Of a stretch of DNA of 64,000 nt, positions 9,239 to 21,795 are shown piece by piece. Position numbers and translations under genes: made by a program. The stretch is from Laetmonice hystrix. Taxonomy: Eukaryota. The notes under the pieces were generated by a model. It was not told the DNA's origin and did no database searches. It saw nothing but the letters and a program-made list of their open reading frames with translations. Position 1 is the first letter of the stretch. Every line of letters begins with the position of its first letter. The DNA lies in the NCBI GenBank assembly GCA_965235115.1, contig OZ249437.1, positions 46,066,001 to 46,130,000 of the forward strand, written 5' to 3'.

Positions 9239-9940
9239 TCAGGATATCAGTGCTTCTCTAACTGCGACTAAGATCTCCCCAAGTTTATTCTGTCCAGACC
9301 AAGATCTATCTTTGAGTTTAGGATTGTCCAGCTTCACACCTGCACCCCAATATGTGTCAGGGCTTGCCTCAATTAATTCCTTGTCGCCAGTTTCAGTTAG
9401 GAATTGCCGAAGTTGCTGGTTTTGAGTGAACTTCTCCTTACATCCCCGTCTCATGATTTCAAGTTTGTCCGTGTTCCATTTATTTCCCGGTGGTACATGT
9501 ATTGTGTTACCAATACGTTTGATGGCAGCTGGACTGGATGTGTTTAGGATCTTGCTGGCGTTGTTGTCATCATTTACGGCTAATGCTTTATGGTACGTGA
9601 AATACTGCTCTGATGAAGTGAACCACTGACCGTTGACATGAAAATTAGCCTTATGGAAGTTAGACAAAGGAGATAGGTGAGAAAAGAATGCTATAGCATT
9701 ATCCCCTATTTGTCGGGTGCTGATCTCGACAGGGCTTATTTGCTTGGGTACGGTGTGTATTGTTTCAACTGAGTATTTGCGTCCCTCAATGACGAGACTA
9801 TCTCCAACTAATGAAGCCCTCATGCCTTCCTTTCTTGCTTGTTTGAGAACATTTAGAAGAGTTCCCCGTTTTTCTCTTGTCTCCGCACTGAAGTCTTCAT
9901 GCAGGTAGTAGGGTGTGCTGATGAGGATAGTATGACTAAC
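9239..9940 (-). CDS. LINE ORF1 C-terminal remnant fused to a NADAR (YbiA/DUF1768-like) domain
   Basis: The frame stays open 39 codons upstream of the listed Met (9823), to a TAA at 9941-9943. YLHEDFSAETREKRGTLLNVLKQARKEGMRASLVGDSLVIEGRKY resembles a LINE ORF1 C-terminal domain. Then FFSHLSPLSNF..F..NGQWFTSSEQYF..HKA..D..A.KIL..SP...K.IG..W..M..G..EKF.QN..LR.FL..TG..LIEASPDTYWG.G..W.GQNKLG.IL..VR matches the NADAR consensus. Confidence 0.88.
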   Translation of the reverse strand, partial: VSHTILISTPYYLHEDFSAETREKRGTLLNVLKQARKEGMRASLVGDSLVIEGRKYSVETIHTVPKQISPVEISTRQIGDNAIAFFSHLSPLSNFHKANFHVNGQWFTSSEQYFTYHKALAVNDDNNASKILNTSSPAAIKRIGNTIHVPPGNKWNTDKLEIMRRGCKEKFTQNQQLRQFLTETGDKELIEASPDTYWGAGVKLDNPKLKDRSWSGQNKLGEILVAVREALIS

Positions 9941-10000
9941 TTAGTTTTGTAACAAAAAATGATGGAGGACGGTGCTAGCCTAAGACATTCTTACATAGGC

Positions 10001-10185
10001 CTAGGGGGTCCAGGATTTTTTTTTTTTTTTGGGGGGGGGGGGGGGGTTCAGGGGTACAATTTGCTAAGGGAGGGGGGAGGGGTTCAGCATGGTCAATTCA
10101 GAAAGGTCTATGGGAAAAAAAGGAGAAAGATTGGTTGCCAAGGGAGGGGGTTGACCCCCTGACCCGCCCCCTAGATCTGCCCCTG
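10001..10185. mobile_element. Degenerate short non-autonomous element (CAGGGGC-GATC-type termini)
   Basis: Right end ctagatctgcccctg; the left end ctagggggtccaggatttt is only a weak inverted match. Internal poly-T and poly-G runs. Confidence 0.3.
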
Positions 10186-12581
10186 ATGGCTCTCTGTGTC
10201 GATGATAGTAGATCTATATAATTTTCAATTTTTACCTGATAGGAAAAACTGCTAACCTCCCACAGTTTCCCTACGAGTAATGATTTAATAATCCATCAGT
10301 TTGACTGCGCCCTCCACCCATCAAGATGCCACGATTGTGACGTAGTGGCCTGTAGGACACGACAGGAGACCCAGTTACAATCATCAAACCCTCCCATAGA
10401 CATTCCTGTAGTGGATCCCTGCCTGCCTCGACTCCTCACACAAATAGGTCCTACACTGCTGTGAACACAAACACTGCTGTCAGCTGCACGTTTTTCCCAG
10501 TCCTCCCAACCCCAATTGTACGAAGAGCATCAATGTTGTCACTGCCACTCTCTGTGATTGGCCGATTATGTCGACTTGCATCTGGCCCTCGGGCGACTGG
10601 CACCCCAGACGTAGAGGACAAAAACCAGACATCACATTCCGACCTCAATCAGCCGGCCAATCCCAGGTTACCTTATACCAAAATGATCCGGCCTTTAAGG
10701 TTGCACAATGGTGTTTTTGTTACAATCAAGAAACAGGGCATCCACCGAGACAATCACATATACATTGTGTATTTTCATTTATTTCCGTGAGGAAAATTCT
10801 TCGCATAATCACTATCGTTTGCGAATAATTAATTCGTAAATTTTCTATTATCTTCCCTTTCCTGTTCCTTGAATCTGACAAAACATTATCCAAAAAAATG
10901 CGAACTTAACACCCCGCGAAATTAACCCTAACTACTGTAGTCTGAGAGCTGAAAGAAGCACGGCAATTGTTCACACAAACTTGACCTTCGCCCCACTTGG
11001 CACTGACATGTCCAACTTTTTGTCTCATCCATCTTGATACATCACAATGCTATCAAGTCGTACGCCATTTTCGACTCTCGAATTTGGCAACATACTTTCA
11101 CCTTTGTTACTCTGTACACAGGGTATAATAAAATGGGTTTACATACGCCTAATCAGTTAGGAAATAGGGCTACAGTCCCTATCAAAACTTAGCAATTTAG
11201 GAAAAAATCCATATTTCTAGGCCTGACAAAAAAAGATCTTCTATTGGTCTCTAAATAATACCTTCGATAAAAGAGTATAATTTTGTTCAACAAGTATCGA
11301 CATAAACTTAGACTCAAACAGTTTCAAGTCAGATTTCTCTGATTCTAGTCAGTTCTGTCATACATCTTTATCACAAAGAAGAAAAGCAAGGATACGGACT
11401 GTTCGCGTGGCAAATGATAAAAGATCAGATGGTTTTAAAATCACTGAAACATACCCACAACGAGGACCCCCTCCCTGCTTTAAATAGGCCCCTACGGGAA
11501 TGGTGCGTCACCCGGAGCGTTTCAGTTTCATGTCAGCATCAATAAGGTATGGGCCTAAAACTGGCCACAAGATGGTAATATATGGTAATACGGCCAGTTA
11601 ATGCCACTGGGCTGGTCAGTAAGCCGTACACATTTACATCTAGATCTACACAGCAGGACCATGAGTGGAGAGTGTCTGTGCATGTGGATGTGCACATGAT
11701 GTCAGTGTGCGTGTAAATCATTTCCCTCTGTCAGATTTCAAAATGTTAACTAAATATTAAAGTTTCCTTCTATCTTTTTCGTTCAGTCATCAAACTTTGT
11801 TTTACTCGAATAATAACGTACTTTGCTGGTGGACTTCTACATTATCAAAGTGTTGGTTGAAGGAGTTGCCTTCAAAAATTTGATATGATGGATTTGTTAA
11901 CTATAGACTTACATTGTTTTACATATTGGAGACACCTGCAGTGTAATGGATTTGTCGGGTTTTAAGGGTTCTCTTCCCCACAAAGACCCAGTTAAGCCAC
12001 AAGATCTTACTAGGCGACACTTAATCCGGGAGCATGCAGGGTTTACTTAGTGGATTACCCGAGACAGTCTACAATACGAACATGCCATCTGACCATTCTC
12101 AGGTATTTGGTGTGCAGTCACCCAGCCAGTTCTCAGCAGCATGGCCTAAAATAAACACTGCCCTTGAAGAAATAATCGTAACATTGACGTACCCTCTACT
12201 TCCCACTGGGATCGACCGATTAAACAGTTAAAAGTCACTTGAAGTAGGGAGAGATCTAGGCACTGCTATACGACTGGTTATGGACATCAGAGGTTCTGAA
12301 CCAAAGATCACAGCACATCGTTCTTTTAGGCCTATAAACGTATACTTGCGTGACGGAGCATGTATACGTACTACAAAACGTACATGTATAAAACAAGAAT
12401 GAAGTACCGATAACCTATTGCTGATATCTTTCATCTATTATTGTCAACAAGGGCGTTTCCGGCCATTTTTTTTCTTTTCTCCATTTCGTTCAAAATGAGC
12501 CTGAACCAGCAATGATTATAGTCCATGTATATATATTATAGTCTTCCATTTCATATTCAGTGTAGAAATCAAAGTCAAAGA

Positions 12582-12595
12582 GCGCCACCTGCTGG
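12582..12595 (-). promoter_or_regulatory. CTCF-like motif
   Basis: Reverse complement CCAGCAGGTGGCGC matches the CTCF core CC[AG][CG][CT]AG[AG][GT]GGC. Confidence 0.5.
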
Positions 12596-13106
12596 GAGTG
12601 GACCGTCAGGTTCCGTGACGTATTGCCTGCGGTCTGGTATAAACATACTTCCGATTATACGGCAACACAGTCCCTCAGGGAGCTCACCACCTCTCTCTAA
12701 CCGACTTCTTGACCATTTTGTAGGTTTGAGTACTGAAACCACTGATAAAAGGTAACGATGCACACATTTAGAGTTCAGACAGAAACACCCTGCCGTCACG
12801 GTCAGTTGACAAAGGTCATTAAATTTGAATGAGCAAAACTTAATGTCCCCTTTTGGGAGCATGCTTTAACCAGTCCCTCTTCTCTATTTTGTTTTCGTTT
12901 AAATCATTTCATTTCTCATATGTTGTATAAAGCATGTTTCGTTGTGGGGCACTTGAAAGATTTATTACAGATGAGTCGAAGCGTACGGACCTTCGGCCGA
13001 TATGAAGTCCTGGGTCATGAAGAAATTGCCGTTTTATTTGGTAAGGTTGAACGGTCTGACATTTGGCGGTAATTTAAATCAGGCCGCGTGTTCCCACTGC
13101 ACCCCT

Positions 13107-13120
13107 GTGCCCCCTAGCGG
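13107..13120 (-). promoter_or_regulatory. CTCF-like motif
   Basis: Reverse complement CCGCTAGGGGGCAC. Confidence 0.5.
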
Positions 13121-16100
13121 TGTAAGGAGGGGTTAGTCTGGGCGGGAAGGCGGTGTATGGGGGACAGTCACAACTGGCGGAGCTAACCTGATCACAAATT
13201 GGTGGATAACACAAAGATTACTGCCTGCCCACGGCTTGCACGCTTCCTACTACTTCTCCAGACAGAGGGTGGAGCACGTCTACAACTCTTGACCCTCAGC
13301 CAGGGGGTTTGGGCAGATCTGTAAGTCTCGACCCGAGCTATCCCTGTTAGAGTATACAGGTCTGCCTTATACTGTGATGTAACTGGTCAGGCGATTTGGA
13401 TGACACCACACATGAAGCTGGCTCTAATACATCTCATCCTACTTGAGAGAACTTGGAGAAACTCTTGACATTCTCATCTCCTTCATATACATATACATGT
13501 ATACAGGGAGCAGGTGACACTGCTGTAATGGAGCAACGCTTCTCTCGCTGGACGGTGAGCTTCCAAACTGTCCCCAACACGATAAATTAAACCCGTTCCT
13601 TTCACTTACCCGCCAGTTACATACTACTTACCAGATCCTGTTTCCTGTTCCGTGCATGATCTTTTCACCTCTTCTAGCGCTCCTTAAGTAACTGCTGGAG
13701 AAACCTGTCATTTTCTCACAAAATATGGAGCCATCCTCGGCTCCTTGATGATGGCCTCATCTTCATCATTCAACCATTGCACACGAACCCACCCTACCCA
13801 CCCCTAACTACTGCGTTTTTCTGCACTATTAACTGTAGAGGACAGCTGCGGTTGGTAGCTCACACAAACGACAGACGCATGCAGGTAAATGGTCGAACTC
13901 TGGCAATGAAACATCAGAGAGACTGTTGTAGGAAATTACAGGTTACATTCAGTTGATAAACTAGCCGAATTGATACTAAGTTAGTGTTCTGACAGATACA
14001 AGACTGCTTACAAGGAATTGCAAAAGAAAAACGACGAAGCATGAACATTCTTTCCTAATATTTGCTCAGACAGTAATAATGTTTGACCTTCTGGTCTTTA
14101 ACATCGAGGTGTTCAATTCTCAACATAACTTCCACAGCACCTGAGGCGAGCTATACGTCTGGGTGTTGTATACTATCAACTGCTAACCCTGTTCAAATGG
14201 TCGTGTCTGGCCGGGGTTCTCTGTACATAGGAATATGTTGACAGAATCAGGAGAGCTATCCAACACCCTGTAGACCATCACCGTTTAATGTCAAGTGGCG
14301 AGACCAATAATTCAATAATTTGCAAGTCAAATTTAACCCACTGTGAACCAAACGGACATCATGGCTGCCCGCATACGTTTCTAATCACAGAGATATTAAA
14401 GGGCTTGATCCATTAATGTGATTTTCCACCTCTCAACTTTGGGTTGAAAACATACCAGCTCCCCGTTTCCAGAATAAGGTGCAAATAACAAATTATACTG
14501 CTGTGTTCGTTGTTTAATCGCACGGACATTGCAAGGCTATGTGAATACACGAGGCCCCACGTTGGAGTACCATATAACAGAGATCTAATTTGATTAGCCT
14601 CGCCCTCCCACACCACCTTCTACTGGCTTCATAAAGTCCTGAATCTCCGGCAGTACGTACCAGGTTGTAACCTCTGAGGCTGTCCATGGCCCAAGGCATT
14701 TGCTGAGATTGGGATCAAATCCAGAACCCTCTCCCCTTCTTCAGCTGCCCCCTCCTCAATTTTCCTTTATTCTAAAACACCGTCACCAGCAGGTCTAGGT
14801 GAGTGTCCCCATCACATTTCTCAAACAACCGTCGAGGATAAAGACCACTGACTATGTGAAGAATACTGTCAAGGTTTTAGATAACCAGCAGATTACCCTT
14901 TCATCAGAACATAGAGCCGGGTGGAGGGGGAGTGGGGTGTATATAACCTGGGACCCTACAATCCAATCAGATGCTATTAAACCATTAAACAAGCATGGGT
15001 TGACTGGCGACGGGCAGCAGACCGAGTACAGCAGACACTGATGGCCCCAGGTAAGACTGGATGCTATGTAAATAGAAGCGCAGGTCACTGAATGAGCCGG
15101 GTCAATATTTACCTATTGCTATTGTTGAAAACTCCACTTCTTTAAGCTGGTCTGGTCCTGCAGATCTCACAAGATTAATGCCCATTTTCATGTGAACATC
15201 TCCAGTGGGCCCTACCCTTACAATGGACGTCCCAATCCTATATATGGCAGGTTGATAAAGCAACATCTTTGACGGTGAACTGCCACAGTGAAGATACCGA
15301 TCATTGTAAAAGGATTACCAGTTTCACAGTTACGTCCTTTACATTAAATCCCTTTTCACATCGAAACGTTTACACCAAACATAAAACAAGTTAGCCGGCT
15401 TCATACACGGGGTCTCCAAACCTCATGAATAATTCGTTGGGAAAGTAGGGCGTTAAAGCATCCCATCCGGTTCGTCTCTCTGGTACTGTGAACATTCTCC
15501 CCAACCTGACTGACGCCATCCTCGTTCTCAGAAACTGACACCTCATAGGTCAAACGATTCTCACACCTAAACATTACCTACACACAGAAAAAAATCCCTC
15601 AAAACAAACGTGGAATTTTTAATGATTATTATTTTTTCCGCGTTTGTCTATTTCTCGTAACTCCATCTACATTTTGAGATCACAACGAATCAGTATTCAT
15701 TTATGTTTTGAAAAAAATCGTAATTTCGACAAAAATCGAGACTTGATCTTGCTTGATAACGATGGTTTGTGGTTTTGTTGCTGAAGCTATTACCGAATCT
15801 ACAACAGATAACAGGCATCAGGAGAACTGAGAATGTCATTACAACTAGGATGACCTTATCGGGATCATCACCGAGCAAAAAACACGGACGGCGAATTGTC
15901 AAAAACAACGACGAACTTCCCAGTGTCAGGTGTGAGTGCCCTAGCACTAGAGATGGTAGGAGTGTTCAAGGTTGTCTATATCTGAGTATCACCAATTTCT
16001 TCTACATCTACAGGTGATAGAGTATAAAGAAAACTGATTTGTGGAGGCTAGCCTGTCCGGTCAACAGTTTCCTCCCTGGCCATCCATCAACACCTGGCGC

Positions 16101-18143
16101 AGTCACCTCAGAGGTCAAGGGTTAAAGGTCAACATATGTCATAAGGCTGGTATTCGTGGGGAGAGGGCGCAGCCTGCTGCAGTGGTCAGTGTTGAGGTCA
16201 CCTCAAGCGTGGCCTCTGTGCCCTGCCCCCGCCAACTCTAACTGACGGTCACACATCGGACCACATGTAGGCTCACACATACCGACACTTCCTACAGATT
16301 CCCGTTGTGTTGCCATTAGCTGTTTACTTTTCACTTTACCTAATTCAACACCATAAAAATATATCGAACATTTGACATGCCTCAAACGACGCCAGCATAT
16401 AGACAGGCATGTCGAGCTATTTATGTACTGGTACCTTTTATCTAAACAAAGCTGTCAGAACGCTATAATTATCAACAGCTGTTGGTCTTTCTATTCATAC
16501 CCCTGTATAATTTTACCCTTGCCTCAGGCGGAGGACAGACCTCCCTGGCAGGACCTCGTCAACCGCTGATTCGTCACGACTGCATCAATTGTATCTCTTT
16601 CAGTAACATCAAATACACGGTCAACAGTTTCCATTTACCCCAAATCTTTTTAGTCAATAAAGCGATTGGACTTTTTGTCCCAAAGGATCCGATATCTCGC
16701 CTTGAAATCTAACTTTAGATTTAAAGATTTACAGAAAACCTTCACTGTTGTGCACTGAAGTTTTACTTTGCACATGATGTAGAAAACAGAAAACATTTAA
16801 ATGTAATTTCTAAGCCGATTCGGGAACGTTTTAAGATAACGCTTACAGTAATCGTTGTGCAGGGACTACCACCAGATGTTGTCACGCATCACGGGTTCTG
16901 AGACATATATAAAAAACAATTTTAAAAGAAACTCAACCTTTCACTTTTTCTTCTCAAAGCTTTCCTTGTTGACCCTTCCTCCCACTCCTCCTTCCTCAAG
17001 CGATCGCACCGACTGAGGACGTCCTCAGTGAAACCAGTGCCTGGAGATTTGCCTGAGCTGACTGCCAAGGAATCGTCGGTCAACATATTAAAATATGTCA
17101 ACATTAACAGTCGATAGGCAAGTTAGACGCCTATATTTCTTATAAGACATATGATACCAACAACTTTCATGTTCTTAGCGGGGCCCACGGTCGAAATTTA
17201 CAGTTGAAAGATGGAAACTACACCTCTGAGAAAACGGCTTTATTTATGTTATGCTGGTATAATAACTTAAATGTCATTACATATGTATACTTTTGCGACA
17301 CTGCGATGAAATTCCAAAAGAAGTGATCTGTATCATCGTGCCCCAAGTGACACTCAGACAGGTGATACTCGCGCGCAAGTTTCAAGTGTCTGCTTGTTTC
17401 ATCATGGAGACATCACGGGTTTGATACACGTATCTAAATCACAAACATGGAGCTCGGTTTCAGATATGTGTGGGTGTTTTCTGTACTCTGTGGTGTTTTG
17501 GCGGGTACGAATACTACCTGCATGGTGCAGGCTTGTTAGTTCCGCCGGCCACCCCTAGAGGGCTCCCAGTTAGCAGCAACACCTGGCCTGCATCAGTGGC
17601 CTGTCCACAACATCAACGTGTTAACTGTTAAACTCTCTACACTACACACTCCTAACTATCAGGTCACTGCCTCTTTGTTAGCCTCAGGGTCTTCTATAGT
17701 CAATTGCTGATCTATTGCTGATTTATCAAATAAATCACAAGAAAGCAAAGAAAACGGAATAATAAATCGGAGCAAGTAAATGAGGGCATCTTGGCGATGC
17801 CATCCAAGACAGGTGTTCGGAAGAGTTGAGACTGATAGAGAGTTGTCAACCATGTTGAGATCCAGCAATCAAGGTCCAGGTAACCACAGGTGACAGGGTC
17901 AAGACATCCTCTATGCCACCTTTATCAGCATGCCGCTGGTTGGACCCATGGGTCCGGAGATTAATGAGCACCCACCTCGCTGGGCTGCGAACCCTAATCG
18001 TTACATTCCCGCTGCTACAGTTCGGTACTGGTCCCGCGGGCACTCTGATAACGTTTTGATTGAAGACCTGAGCAGACGTAGGTTAAACACCCTCCACCGA
18101 GAAATCTGGTCGTAGATTAATCACAACAACCGGGGCATGGCTA

Positions 18144-19485
18144 CATCCTGACCTACAGGTGTGGGCCTGAACGGTAAAATCATCGACAGACATCCTGACC
18201 TACAGGTGTGGGCCTGAACGGTAAAATCATCCTGACCTACAGGTGTGGGCATGAACGGTAAAATCATCCTGGCCTACAGGTGTGGGCCTGGACGGTAAAA
18301 TCATCCTGACCTACAGGTGTGGGCCTGAACGGTAAAATCATCTACAGACATCCTGACCTACAGGTGTGGGCCTGAACGGTAAAATCATCCTGACCTACAG
18401 GTGTGGACCTGAACGGTAAAATCATCGACAGACATCCTAACCTACAGGTGTGGGCCTGAACGGAAAAATCATCGACAGACATCCTAACCTACAGGTGTGG
18501 GCCTGAACGTTAAATCCGACAGAAATCCTGACCTACAGGTGTGGGCCTGAACGGTAAAATCATCCTGACCTACAGGTGTGGGCCTGAACGGTAAAATCAT
18601 CCTGACCTACAGGTGTGGGCCTGAACGGTAAAATCATCGACAGACATCCTAACCTACAGGTGTGGGCCTGAACGGTAAAATCGACAGACATCCTGACCTA
18701 CAGGTATGGGCCGGGACGGTAAAATCATCGACAGACATCCTGACCTACAGGTGTTGGCCTGGACGGTAAAATCATCGACAGACATCCTGACCTACAGGTG
18801 TGGGCCTGAACGGTAAAATCATCGACAGACATCCTGACCTACAGGTGTGGGCCTGAACGGTAAAATCATCGACAGACATCCTGACCTACAGGTATGGGCC
18901 GGGACGGTAAAATCATCGACAGACATCCTGACCTACAGGTGTTGGCCTGGACGGTAAAATCATCGACAGACATCCTGACCTACAGGTGTGGGCCTGGACG
19001 GTAAAATCCGACAGAAATCCTGACCTACAGGTGTGGGCCTGAACGGTAAAATCATCCTTGACCTACAGGTGTGGGCCTGGACGGTAAAATCATCCTGACC
19101 TACAGGTGTGGGCCTGAACGGTAAAATCATCCTGACCTACAGGTGTGGGCCTGCACGGTAAAATCATCGACAGACATCTATTATCCTGACCTACAGGTGT
19201 GGGCCTGAACGGTAAAATCATCCTGACCTACAGGTGTGGGCCTGAACGGTAAAATCATCCTGACCTACAGGTGTGGGCCTGCACGGTAAAATCATCGACA
19301 GACATCTATTATCCTGACCTACAGGTGTGGGCCTGAACGGTAAAATCATCCTGACCTACAGGTGTGGGCCTGAACGGTAAAATCATCCTGACCTACAGGT
19401 GTGGGCCTGAACGGTAAAATCATCGACAGACATCTATTATCCTGACCTACAGGTGTGGGCCGGGACGGTAAAATGTTCGACAGAC
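18144..19485. repeat. Modular 37/47-bp minisatellite, ~30 copies
   Basis: Core CATCCTGACCTACAGGTGTGGGCCTGAACGGTAAAAT with an optional CATCGACAGA insert. A ~132-bp higher-order unit (marked by acatctattatcctg) repeats three times at the right end. Confidence 0.97.
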
Positions 19486-21781
19486 CAGTAAAAGGGAGGC
19501 GGTGACGGGTAAAACGGGGCGCTGACTGCTAAAAGAGAGTTGCTGATCGGTGTAATTAGGGAGTTGAGAAAGGCGTAGAAAGATTAGATGCGGAACATGG
19601 ACGTTTCTTATATACCGGTATATCGGTTTGTGTGTGCGGCTCAGCAAAGATATACGCCGAGGCGAGCACACAATCCCTTCAAAAACCTCATCAAATACAA
19701 AAATGATGATCTTTCCAATCTTTTGGCAACGAACTCAAAATGATTTGTTTGGGTATTTACTCTCCCTATCCGGAGCAGTAGAAAATTACTTGTCCCCTAG
19801 GACTGCGAGAATATACGTGACCAGAACCTCTACCTGAATTAGGAGGGTGTTGGGGGGGGGGGGGGGGGGGGATCGGGTCATCCGCATACCAACACATACC
19901 AAAGTATACAAGTCTACTATCTTTATACATCAGTCTTGGGTTATCTGAGAGTACATCTGAAACCCGTATCTGGTCCTTATCTGTTGTATGCCACCACAAG
20001 GTATAATGTGGTTAACAGATTGGTCCGGAACACTCTTCCAACATCTAGGATTTCGAAAGTATGACACATCTGTCACAAACAACTCAAAATAATGATCCTC
20101 TCTAAGAACCTGTATAACATTTAAGAGAAAGTCCTGGTATAGTTACAAGGACGTAAAACTATGTGTATGGTAACGTAGGTTACCAAACCGACTCACCAAT
20201 TGACCGTTTTCCTTATACAATAACACTTGAACAAGCAACTGTACCGAAACGGTTGAGGGAATAGATTAACATCAGCTAACAAGCACGAGACCAAGGTACG
20301 AACGAGCCTTACGTGTTCACTGGATCTCATCTTTGTGTGTATGTAAGTTATCAACACTTACAGTGAATATTTTAACCATGTTGAACAAGTTGCCACCTCT
20401 ACAGTCCTGCCGTGCCTTTATTTGGTTTATTGTAACATATGTCGACAAAACTTTACGGCCGTTGGTAATTGGAAGAAAGTACAATTGCTTTCATAGGGAT
20501 CTCCTTGGGTGCCTCGCCCAAATCATCACAATTTACATAGAGACAGCCATCTGTCTACAGTGCTGCGATGGTAGTCCCGACCCCCCCCCCCCCCCCCCCC
20601 CGTTACATAAATTCTGCTCTTTTTCTTACTTGAATAAGAAAAAAAAAGACTATTAATAAGGAGAAGGAGAAGAAGACAAAAATGTAGGCCTAATTCCAAT
20701 GTAGAAAAGCAGTGCATTTTTGTCTAAGTTTGCCCACACCTTTGAGACAGCTTGTAATAGTACCCACAAATGGAATGACGACCCCCAGAAGCATCTTTAG
20801 ATCTGTCCACGCCAATTTTTCTTTCTCTTACCGAATTGGTTAGTCATATAATTATTAAAGCGGGTGAAAAATTTGACCTCAAGAGCTCTAACAATAGAAG
20901 AGTCCATTTCGTTTTAAAAAGATTTCATCCAACCGCGTCAGACAATGACATACCAACTGTGGTTACGCCTCAATATCAGCTATCATAATCGTTCACTATA
21001 CATCTGACCAAGTTTCTCCTGTATTTTTTATTTAAATAAGCAACACTAAATCTTACTACCACCTATTACATGACGTAAATTACCGTCAGGAGATATGCTT
21101 TTAACAGTTCCTCTTGTTTTCTTTATTCACGCTATAGCAGTGGGGTTTATCTAGGTCGACTTCGGTCCTCGAGACTGAATACTTTGGCTCATGAAGAACA
21201 GCCAAGTACTCTAACACAGTGAGAGAATTATCCAGGCTACAAGGCTTGGCTTCTCAGCTAAACAACAGTCATTGTCGGTAAAAATAAACGAAAGTGTTTA
21301 CCCATTCATGTTCCTTTACCACTGCTGAATCTGACTTAAGAACTCGTCATCAACCCCCGTTATGGGTACATTTGATCCCCCACGTGTATTATAACGGAGT
21401 AGGTACCTTGACCTTTGACCGGGTAGGAGACAGTTACCCTAAGGGATTCCCACGAGGCACGGAGAGGGGGCGTGTTAAGGCAGTCCTCCTGCTGGTCTCC
21501 CGACCACACCCTCCACCCTCCTACCATATCGACCCACCCCGTGGTAGTCAGCTTCTATGACATGCCATCACTACAGAAAATCTACACTGCCGAAGCATCA
21601 TTCCTTTTCTTTCCCTCAATTCATGAAATAACTCGCAATCCTGAAGACAATTCAAAACATTCAAAACTGTTAAACATGCAATAGTTTCACCGAAACAATG
21701 TTAGAACCATTTGTAAACCTTGCAGGTCATACCGTTCATGGCGTTCACCATTGCACGACCTAGCACACGCTCACCCCGGCA

Positions 21782-21795
21782 CCACCAGATGGCTG
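21782..21795 (+). promoter_or_regulatory. CTCF-like motif
   Basis: CCACCAGATGGCTG. Confidence 0.45.

Larger units (their letters stand above)
5268..9940 (-). mobile_element. 5'-truncated non-LTR retrotransposon (LINE), CR1/L2 group, Crack/Daphne-like
   Basis: Partial ORF1, 356-bp spacer, intact EN-RT ORF2, ~280-bp 3'UTR, AATAAA (5297-5302) and (TCAA)7 tail (5268-5295), all on the minus strand. More AT-rich than the flanks. The 5' boundary is approximate (~9910-9940). Confidence 0.93.

Noticed and set aside
9239-9823. NADAR ORF as an independent host gene or bacterial contaminant/HGT island
   Set aside because: It is intronless, fused to an ORF1-like segment, on the same strand and at ORF1 spacing from ORF2, with no promoter or operon context. 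Not formally excluded until other copies are examined.
18144-19485. CRISPR-like look (constant repeat with variable gaps)
   Set aside because: The gaps are a fixed 10-mer or absent, not unique spacers. No cas genes, and the context is eukaryotic.
21150-21230. tRNA/SINE-like segment on the minus strand (GTTAGAGTACTTGGCT...AGCCAAAG)
   Set aside because: No convincing B-box or cloverleaf; at most a heavily decayed SINE.
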